From the NCBI GenBank assembly GCA_945900785.1, contig CAMDJM010000004.1, positions 15,512-79,511 of the forward strand: 64,000 bases of DNA, in the 5' to 3' direction. Source of the stretch: Akkermansia muciniphila (GTDB taxonomy: Bacteria; Verrucomicrobiota; Verrucomicrobiia; Verrucomicrobiales; V1-33). Below the pieces are notes generated by a model. It did no database searches, had not been told where the DNA came from, and was given only the letters and a program-made list of their open reading frames with translations. This document shows, in pieces, positions 57,185 to 64,000 of the stretch (position 1 is the first letter of the stretch; every line of letters starts with the position of its first letter). The position numbers and the translations under genes were made by a program.

Positions 57185-58489
57185 ATGAACACCGGCATCC
57201 GAAACAAACTTTTCCTGATGATGATTCTCGAGTTTTTCATTTGGGGGGCTTGGCTTCCGCTGATTTTCGGGTATTTGCCGGCCATGGGATTGTCGGAGGC
57301 CGAGCAAAAGCTTATTTTGAGTGCCTTCCCGGTCGCGGCGATCATTGGCATGTTTTTCAGCAATCAGTTTGCGGACCGGAATTTTGCGGCGGAGAAATTC
57401 ATGGCTTTCAGCCATCTGGTAGGAGGGCTGGCCATCGCGGGTCTGGCGTTTGTAAAATTCTCCCGCCCCGTAGTGGAAGCGGGTGCCGTTGCCCCGGCCC
57501 TGTGGGACACTTCCTTCTGGATCTTCTTTGCCCTGATGGCGCTGCACTGTCTCCTCTACGTGCCGACGATCTCGATTGCCAATTCCATCGCCTTCTCCCA
57601 CATGAAGAGCGCGGACAAGGAATTTGGCTTTGTCCGCATGGGCGGCACGGTTGGTTGGATTCTCGCGGCATGGCCCATAGCCTTCATCCTGCACGGGAAA
57701 ACGGCTGCGGCGGTCGTCGCTGCCACGGGCAACATCTTCCTCATTTCCGGGGTCGCCAGTCTCATCCTCGCTGTCTTCAGCCTGACGCTCCCCCACACGC
57801 CTGCCAACAAGGGAGCAGGATCCGATTCTCTGGCTTGGCTCAAAGCCGGGAAATTGCTCGCCATTCCCGCCATCCTGGTGCTTTTCATTGCCACCTTTAT
57901 TGATGCCATCATCCACAATGGTTACTTCGTGATGGCGGGTGGATTTATTGGAAAATCGCTGACCGCGTCCGGGATCGATCCGGCTTGGACCACGGTCGTG
58001 ATGAGTATTGGTCAGGTGGCGGAAATGCTCACCATGCTGATCCTGGGCGGAGTCCTGGCGAAGTTCGGCTGGCGCGCCACCCTCATTGTCGGCATCCTTG
58101 GCCACACCGCCCGTTTCCTCGTCTTCGCTTTCTTCCCCTCTGCGGCACCGCTCATCATTGTAATTCAACTCCTCCACGGGATTTGTTATGCTTTCTTCTT
58201 TGCCACGGTCTACATTTACATTGATGCGGCCTTCCCCAAGGACATCCGCACCAGTGCCCAGGGTTTGTTCAACTTCCTCATTCTCGGCCTTGGCGACCTC
58301 GCAGCGAAGTGGATCTTTATCCCACTCAGTGGCAAGTTCCTCACCGGCAATGGCTTCGAGGGTTACCGCGAACTCTTCCTCGTGCCAGTCGGCATGTCCC
58401 TGGCTGCCGTAGTGCTCCTCGCGCTCTTCTTCCGTCCGTCTGCCTTCGGTCCTTCGGGGAATGCCACTCCGGCGGCGGCTCCGCACTGA
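57185..58489 (+). CDS. MFS transporter, nucleoside:H+ symporter (NHS)-like
   Basis: 434 aa with about 12 hydrophobic helices. The N-terminal KLFLMMILEFFIWGAWLPLIFGYL resembles the NupG/XapB-type signature. Confidence 0.8.
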   Translation: MNTGIRNKLFLMMILEFFIWGAWLPLIFGYLPAMGLSEAEQKLILSAFPVAAIIGMFFSNQFADRNFAAEKFMAFSHLVGGLAIAGLAFVKFSRPVVEAGAVAPALWDTSFWIFFALMALHCLLYVPTISIANSIAFSHMKSADKEFGFVRMGGTVGWILAAWPIAFILHGKTAAAVVAATGNIFLISGVASLILAVFSLTLPHTPANKGAGSDSLAWLKAGKLLAIPAILVLFIATFIDAIIHNGYFVMAGGFIGKSLTASGIDPAWTTVVMSIGQVAEMLTMLILGGVLAKFGWRATLIVGILGHTARFLVFAFFPSAAPLIIVIQLLHGICYAFFFATVYIYIDAAFPKDIRTSAQGLFNFLILGLGDLAAKWIFIPLSGKFLTGNGFEGYRELFLVPVGMSLAAVVLLALFFRPSAFGPSGNATPAAAPH

Positions 58490-58720
58490 TTTGCCGCCAG
58501 GAAATAACCGGACCGGAATCGGCCTCTCTGGAGGACGTCCAGTCCGCCCGGTTCCGCGCCGGGTGGTTCAAGCCTCCACAATGAACCGGGAAATTCCCTC
58601 ATGGTATTGGCATCCTGACCTATGTGCCCGTCGGTTCCAATCATTTCGGTTTTATTGTTGAGGCGATCAGCCACCTGCTCTCAACTCTCATCCCGCAACC
58701 CTCAACTTCCGTTGAAGGGA

Positions 58721-59128
58721 TTACTCCTCCAACTCCCGGGCTTCGGCTTCGAAACCATCCAGGAAGGCGTCGATATCACGGCGGTCGCGTTTGGTGGGCC
58801 GCAGGGGAGGGCTGGTGGCCAGATTGAGGGCGTGTTCCTCCCGGCTGAGGCGGGCCTTTTCGTATTCCTCCGGCGGGGTCAGGTCTTCGAGAAATCCCGG
58901 CACCAGCCTGGCGGCGACGCGCTTGTCCAGCAGGGCCAGCACCCGCACGCGTTTCGTCAGTTCATCGGAAACCACCGTAATCACTTCGCCGACGCGCACT
59001 TCCCGGCCGGCTTTGACGGGTTGTCCTCCCATCTCCACCCGGCCCAGACGGCAGGCGTCCGCCGCATCGCCCCGTGTCTTGTGCAGGCGGACGGCCCAGA
59101 GGAATTTATCGAGCCTTACGGAAAGCAT
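58721..59128 (-). CDS. S4-domain RNA-binding protein (Hsp15/HslR-like)
   Basis: The start is taken at ATG 59128. The sequence MLSVRLDKFLWAVRLHKTRGDAADACRLGRVEMGGQPVKAGREVRVGEVI is an S4 domain. Confidence 0.8.
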   Translation of the reverse strand: MLSVRLDKFLWAVRLHKTRGDAADACRLGRVEMGGQPVKAGREVRVGEVITVVSDELTKRVRVLALLDKRVAARLVPGFLEDLTPPEEYEKARLSREEHALNLATSPPLRPTKRDRRDIDAFLDGFEAEARELEE

Positions 59129-59230
59129 CTTGCCAAAATTCCCAAGGTGGCCGGATTTGCAAGGGAGCACGGGGCTCCGGCCCGTGTGTTTCTTTATTCA
59201 TAAAATCTCCCGGACCGCAAAATAAGTCTG

Positions 59231-59373
59231 CTTTGTCACTTGGTGGCGCGGGCATCCTGCCTGCGCGGCCAGTGGGCTTCCAGCCTGCTGATTCCTCGTG
59301 TTATCCGGCCTGGAAGGCCGGATGCCGCGCAGGCTGGAAGACCGCGCCACCTGGTAGCGTTAAGGTGACAAAG
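59231..59373. repeat. composite palindromic element with nested and mutually exclusive pairings
   Basis: The outer stem is ctttgtcac (59231-59239) with gtgacaaag (59365-59373). The next stem is ggtggcgcg (59242-59250) with cgcgccacc (59343-59351). The central hairpin is atccggcc-tggaa-ggccggat (59303-59323). Segment 59325-59340 can pair either with 59256-59268 or, perfectly over 12 bp, with cttccagcctgc (59277-59288). Confidence 0.8.
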
Positions 59374-59640
59374 TAGTTATAACATAAGACATGACTCCGT
59401 TTCCCCCGTGGGGCAGCTGCAGATGAAAAATAAACCTAAAAACGGCAGCAGAATTTGGATAGAGGGACGCGAAGCCCACAAAATCAGTAACTTGCGAAGG
59501 TCCCGCCCAAATCTGATCGTCACTCTGCAGGTGAGTGCATCTATTCCCATAAATCTGTGAATATCAGTCATATCCGTGCCATTTGCCTTCGGCTGTCTCC
59601 GCTGCGCTCCGGCTGTGGCCCGTCAGCGTCCTTTTCAGGA

Positions 59641-59671
59641 TAAAAAAGCCCGGACCCACCAGGCCCGGGCT
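59641..59671 (-). terminator. rho-independent terminator of the rapA-like gene (potentially bidirectional)
   Basis: On the minus strand the sequence is gcccgg-gcctggtgggt-ccgggc followed by tttttta, 33 nt after the stop at 59704. The plus strand also has a T-run after the hairpin. Confidence 0.75.
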
Positions 59672-59703
59672 TTTCCAAGGGGAAGGTTGCCTTAAACCGC
59701 TGC

Positions 59704-62634
59704 TCAAATGCCCTTGCCGCTGGGGCCGCGGCGGAGGAGGCGCAACTGATCGAGGCTGAGCACCGGCTCGTTCAGGAGCGGCTTCAGCGTGGCGATGAGG
59801 GTTTCCAAGCGGGTGATTTCCTCCTCCCGGCGGGTGGTGGAGGGCAGGCGGCGCAGGCGCGTCACATCCGCCGTGAACATGGCTTCCATCTGGTGGGCAG
59901 CCTTGCTGGAAAGTTCCTTCATCTTGATCGCGGCCCGCTGGGTGAGGATGCGCATCATGCTGGGGATGATGTTGTAAAGCGGGCGGGCGTTGTTCCGGAG
60001 CCACTCCCGGCGGCCATTGCGCACGATCTTGTTCACCATTTCACTGGTGTATTCCGCGCTCAGGTCTTCGAAATCATGGCTGAGCACCACGCGGACCGGA
60101 GTCGGCGGCATGTGCCGGGAGGCTTGCAGGGAAGCATCCGGGGAATCCGGCGTGGCAAGGAAAATACCTTCCAGGAGGACAATCTGGGCGCGTTCGTCTT
60201 CCCAGACGACATAGGCGGTATTGCCGATCGCGGTGGACAGCAGGCGGTCTGTGGCGCGGAAGACCAGCGGGTGATCCCAAGTCAGGTAGTCGGCGTCCTC
60301 GCGGATCATCGCGGTGGTGCGGCTGTAACAGAGTTTCATTCCTTCCTTCGGGATTTCCTCCAAGCGGAAGCTGGCCTCGGGATTGGGCTTCACCACCACG
60401 GTGCGGCCGCTCTTGGTTTCCACCAGGATGCCCAGCTGCTCCAAGGTGCGGTTCATGAAGAGGTCCAGCGATTCGTCCTCGTCGGTGGATTTCAGGCGGG
60501 ACGTGGCTTGCTCGGCTCCATTTTTCCGGCAGGAGACGGCTTCGAGGAAGTGATCGCGGTGTTTATCATACCGTTTCAGATGCGACTCGTGGCTGGCGGC
60601 GGACTTCTTGATGAGTGCCTTCAGTTCGTCATCCAGCTTCGGATTGTGTTTCACGCCAAGGCGTTTGGCGATGTCGTGCACGGGTTTGGCGTATTCGGCG
60701 GCGGTTTCCGCTTGGGCGGGGGACCAGGTGGAGAAGCCGTGCAGACCTTGCTCCAGCCAAAGGGCGGTCATTTCCTGCGGGGTGTCTTCGACCACGGGCA
60801 CGAGCACCTTCAAGGCATCGCGGCGCTTGGAGTTTTCGGCCGTGAAAATGCGGCCCTGGACTTCCTCAAGGCTCAGCGGCGTGTCCCACAGGACGGTGAT
60901 ATCCATGCCGGGAAAGCTGCGGCCGGTCATGTCTTCCTCACCGACCACGACCACGCTGGGCGCAATGTCATCGCTGCCCCGAATGTCCGGGCCGACGAGT
61001 TCGACCAGGCCTTGGACTTTCTTGGAGAGGACTTTTTCCACGGCGAGGGCGCGGTTGCGGCTGGCGCAGATGACCAACGCCGTAGGCAGTGCGGCGGGGG
61101 GCTGCACTTCATCCGCCGGCACGGGCGGCACGCTGGGAGGAGCGGGCGGGGCAGGGTTCACCAAGGTCCCGAGCCAGGTGGCGAGCGCAGCGTCCGCTGC
61201 CGAAGGCAGGGCCTTGGCCTTGGCTTTGCTATCCACGGCCTTGCCATGGAGCTTGAATTCTTCCTTCAAGCCATCGCGCACTTCCGGTTTCAGGCTTTCC
61301 ACGCGGACGATGGAGATTTCACGGGTGGGGATGCCGAGGGCAGATTGGCGGGTATTGCGGAACACCATGCGGCCTTGTTCCTGACCATCCAGCAGGAAGT
61401 CGATGATCTGGTCGCGGGCTTCCTCGCGGCCTTCTTTCCAGAGTTTCAGGATGTCCTTCATCTTCGTCTCGCCGGCGAGGAGCGGTTTGGCAAGGGCTTC
61501 CGATTCCTTATCCCAGGTGGTGGCGGTGAGCAGGTGGGTGATCGCCGCCTCGCTGGCCTCATGGGCCTTGCGGTAGGCAGAATATTTCCGGGGCGTGGCG
61601 AAGGCTTCCGCATCCAGCAGATGCAGGCGTCCAAAGTGGCTTCTGGCGTCCTGTTCCTGGCCGGCGTCGCTTAAAATGATCAGGCTTTTGGTGGCTTCGG
61701 CCACGGTTTGCACCGCCGTCCAAGCGGCATTGCCCCCTTCTTCGCTCCACTCCAGGGTCTCCCCACCAGCGACGATGACCACGTCCCATCCAGCTTCCGC
61801 AGCGGCGGCAGCGCGCTTGCCCCGGCCTCCGGAAAAGTCTTCGAGGGTGCAGGACTCCCAGGGCCATTCTTCGCCGAAGAAGGGATTGGTGGATTCCTGG
61901 CCTTTTTTGGATGATTTTTTGGCTGGCTTGGCCGTGGTGGCAAAGTCATCCGCACTCACCCGGGCGAAGGCGTAGCCGAAACGGCGGGACAGCTCCAATT
62001 CGAGGTTATCGATCAAATATTGCGGAGCCAGCAGGAGCACCCGCTCAGCGCTGCCAAAAATCTGCAGCCGCTGCAGGATCAGGCCAGCCTCGACGGTTTT
62101 GCCCATGCCGGGCTCATCTGCCAGCAGCACTCGGGGATGGGCCTGCCGGGTGGCCTGCACCGCGACGTAAAGCTGGTGCGGCCGTGGATTGTAGCGGCCA
62201 TTGAAAAAGCCCCGCAGCGGAGCGCGCAGGGTCTTGAAGCGGCGGTAGAGGGCCCGGTGGCGCAGATTATACACCGGCTTGTCATCCACCTGGGCATTCA
62301 ACAGGCGGTCAAAGGGCTTGCTGAACGTCAGGGAGTCGGAAAGACGGCTTTCCTCCACCTTTTTGCCTTTGTTGATGTAGGTCACCAGCCCGTCCTTTTC
62401 GATCAGGTCCTCCACGGTAAATTCCTTGCCATCCTGGGTTTTGAGCACGTCTCCCACAGAGAAACTCACCCGCGTCAGCGGAGGGTTCTCAATCGTGTAA
62501 ACCCGCGTGGTTTCGCTGGAGGGAAACACGATGTTGACCCGGTCTGGCTCTACTTTCAGCACCAATCCCAGTCCTAACTCCGGCTCCGTCTGGCTTAACC
62601 AACGCTGCCCTGATACAAATCGATTCGCTACCAT
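59704..62634 (-). CDS. rapA: RapA/HepA-like SNF2-family RNA-polymerase-associated protein with degenerate ATPase motifs
   Basis: 976 aa. The N-terminus (FVSGQRWLSQTEPELGLGLVLKVE) and the overall collinearity are RapA-like. Walker A is intact (LLADEPGMGKTVEAG). At the motif II position the sequence reads WDVVIVAGGETLEW (codons 61747-61788) instead of a DExH box. Motif III reads LIILSDAG, and the motif VI region reads EEVQGRIFTAENSKRRD. Confidence 0.8.
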   Translation of the reverse strand: MVANRFVSGQRWLSQTEPELGLGLVLKVEPDRVNIVFPSSETTRVYTIENPPLTRVSFSVGDVLKTQDGKEFTVEDLIEKDGLVTYINKGKKVEESRLSDSLTFSKPFDRLLNAQVDDKPVYNLRHRALYRRFKTLRAPLRGFFNGRYNPRPHQLYVAVQATRQAHPRVLLADEPGMGKTVEAGLILQRLQIFGSAERVLLLAPQYLIDNLELELSRRFGYAFARVSADDFATTAKPAKKSSKKGQESTNPFFGEEWPWESCTLEDFSGGRGKRAAAAAEAGWDVVIVAGGETLEWSEEGGNAAWTAVQTVAEATKSLIILSDAGQEQDARSHFGRLHLLDAEAFATPRKYSAYRKAHEASEAAITHLLTATTWDKESEALAKPLLAGETKMKDILKLWKEGREEARDQIIDFLLDGQEQGRMVFRNTRQSALGIPTREISIVRVESLKPEVRDGLKEEFKLHGKAVDSKAKAKALPSAADAALATWLGTLVNPAPPAPPSVPPVPADEVQPPAALPTALVICASRNRALAVEKVLSKKVQGLVELVGPDIRGSDDIAPSVVVVGEEDMTGRSFPGMDITVLWDTPLSLEEVQGRIFTAENSKRRDALKVLVPVVEDTPQEMTALWLEQGLHGFSTWSPAQAETAAEYAKPVHDIAKRLGVKHNPKLDDELKALIKKSAASHESHLKRYDKHRDHFLEAVSCRKNGAEQATSRLKSTDEDESLDLFMNRTLEQLGILVETKSGRTVVVKPNPEASFRLEEIPKEGMKLCYSRTTAMIREDADYLTWDHPLVFRATDRLLSTAIGNTAYVVWEDERAQIVLLEGIFLATPDSPDASLQASRHMPPTPVRVVLSHDFEDLSAEYTSEMVNKIVRNGRREWLRNNARPLYNIIPSMMRILTQRAAIKMKELSSKAAHQMEAMFTADVTRLRRLPSTTRREEEITRLETLIATLKPLLNEPVLSLDQLRLLRRGPSGKGI

Positions 62635-62862
62635 TTACTATTTTTTGTCAAGTTGAAACCGCAAGCTATAGGGAGGCTTCCGGCCCGGTCAAGATATTCC
62701 GTTTTAAAAGATGCTCCTGTATTCTCAACTGTATGACCGTCAATGGTTTGAAAATTTGTCTACCCGATTTGATGAGAGACAAAATGTCGCACTGTCCCGC
62801 TTTTTCATGCGATTTCACGGGATCCAGCGCCCGCCGTGCCTGCCGCCCCTGCGTTATCCCGC

Positions 62863-63405
62863 TCAGGCTAGTCCTTCCGGCAATTCCGCCACCTGATCCA
62901 CCCGGCAGGACAGCATGGTATCCCCATCAAAATCGAAATAGCCCACAAATTTCTGACGGGCCAGGAGCAGGTGGAACCACTCGCGGTCATCCGCCCACAT
63001 TTCTTCATAAGGCATCTGATCCACCGGAGTCCAGCGGGGGATGGCTTCATCCGTTTCCTGCGGCTCGCCCACGCAGTCGTCCGCGCGGAACACATGGCAA
63101 TAGAGCTTCATGCCATCCACAAATTGGAAGAAAAGCCGGCCGATCTCGGACACCCCGGTGGCCTGCACGCAGAGTTCCTCCCCGGTCTCGCGCACCGCGC
63201 ACTGCTCCGGGGTCTCGCCCGGATCCAATTTTCCACCCGGCCCATTGATCTTCCCCGCCCCCAGGCCCCTTTTTTTCCGGATCAGCAGCACCTGACCTTC
63301 GCGCACCACGAATAACAAAGTAGCGGTGAGCCCAGGCTGCCAGTGGGACCAGTCGGTTGGGGTAAAGTCAGGGGTGGGATCGGTCACGTGCTGGTGATGC
63401 GCCAC
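62863..63405 (-). CDS. NUDIX hydrolase (MutT-like)
   Basis: 180 aa with a GTG start. The Nudix box is GPGGKLDPGETPEQCAVRETGEELCV. Confidence 0.88.
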   Translation of the reverse strand: MAHHQHVTDPTPDFTPTDWSHWQPGLTATLLFVVREGQVLLIRKKRGLGAGKINGPGGKLDPGETPEQCAVRETGEELCVQATGVSEIGRLFFQFVDGMKLYCHVFRADDCVGEPQETDEAIPRWTPVDQMPYEEMWADDREWFHLLLARQKFVGYFDFDGDTMLSCRVDQVAELPEGLA

Positions 63406-63474
63406 GATGGGCGGACGGGCAATCTGTTTTTCGCGTTAACCTCCGAATTGCCGCGCCGGCTGAGCGCCGCCTAT

Positions 63475-64000
63475 TCAGCGGGCGATGAGTTCCCCGATCA
63501 GGGGATTCACAGAGTGCTGGATCATTTCCGTGGCGACCCGCAGGGCGTTTTGCATGGCCAGGGGGGAGGAGGAACCGTGAGCGATGATGACGACGCCATT
63601 CACGCCCAGCAGGGGGCTGCCGCCGTAGCTTTCGTAGGACATGCGGGCGGCAGCGGCTTTGAAGGCGGGCTTCAGCAGGCCGGCGAGGGCTTTGCGGGGC
63701 AGGGTGGCGGTGAGCTGCTGCTTCAGGACCGTGAGGAAGGCCTTGGCCGTGCCCTCGCAGCCTTTCAGCAGGATGTTGCCGACAAAGCCATCGCAGACGG
63801 CCACGTGGAGCGGCATGTTAAGAATGTCCCGGCCTTCCACGTTGCCTTTGAAGTTCAAAAACGGGACCGCTTTAAGCAATTCGAAGACTTCCTTGCTCAG
63901 TTCGCTGCCCTTGCCCTCCTCCTCGCCATTGCTCATCAGGCCGACAATCGGGCTGGCGACCTGGTGGATGGCCCGGGAAAAGACGTGGCCCATGATGGCG
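63475..64000 (-). CDS. plsX: phosphate acyltransferase PlsX, C-terminal part (gene continues beyond the window end)
   Basis: It contains VGLMSNGEEEGKGSEL, KGNVEGRDI, VAVCDGFVGNILLK and GVVIIAHGSSS. The frame is open to position 64000. Confidence 0.9.
   Translation of the reverse strand, partial: AIMGHVFSRAIHQVASPIVGLMSNGEEEGKGSELSKEVFELLKAVPFLNFKGNVEGRDILNMPLHVAVCDGFVGNILLKGCEGTAKAFLTVLKQQLTATLPRKALAGLLKPAFKAAAARMSYESYGGSPLLGVNGVVIIAHGSSSPLAMQNALRVATEMIQHSVNPLIGELIAR

Noticed and set aside
59303-59323. Reading the hairpin with a GGAA-containing loop as the SRP (4.5S) RNA domain IV.
   Set aside because: The loop is UGGAA with a CCGGCC/GGCCGG stem, and it lacks the conserved flanking asymmetric-loop sequences (AGGUCCGGAAGGAAGCAGC-type). 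The surrounding element is better explained as a nested palindromic repeat.

Overview
This is a GC-rich bacterial chromosomal segment. Its gene content points to Verrucomicrobiota or another PVC-group organism: PEP-CTERM proteins, a PVC-type heme-binding giant protein, and C/A-rich leaders with little Shine-Dalgarno signal. I call about 45 protein-coding genes on both strands. Housekeeping genes (purM, purQ, fumC, ligA, a RapA-like gene, plsX, M32 carboxypeptidase, NUDIX, 5'-nucleotidase, lactonase) alternate with many secreted or cell-surface proteins. I found no tRNA, rRNA, CRISPR array, transposase or integrase.

The strongest candidate for an undescribed system is at 17.66-26.8 kb. An AT-rich island there carries a near-consensus sigma70 promoter. 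It drives a secreted MbnP-like/di-heme MauG-type peroxidase fusion whose stop overlaps (ATGA) the start of a 2432-aa secreted protein. That giant protein combines an intact galactose-oxidase-type copper-radical oxidase, lectin, PA14, Ig and PKD modules, a beta-propeller and a second di-heme peroxidase domain.

Other points worth a second look:
- a RapA homologue with degenerate ATPase motifs;
- an in-frame TGA followed by four in-frame acidic tandem repeats;
- two homopolymer-associated frameshifts that cut signal peptides off their domains;
- an orphan kinase-fold gene with a decayed paralogue fragment 6 kb away;
- a C-terminal module shared by three unrelated secreted proteins;
- a domain-shuffled gene trio;
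- several composite palindromic intergenic elements.

All functional calls rest on motif recognition by eye and need HMM or BLAST confirmation.
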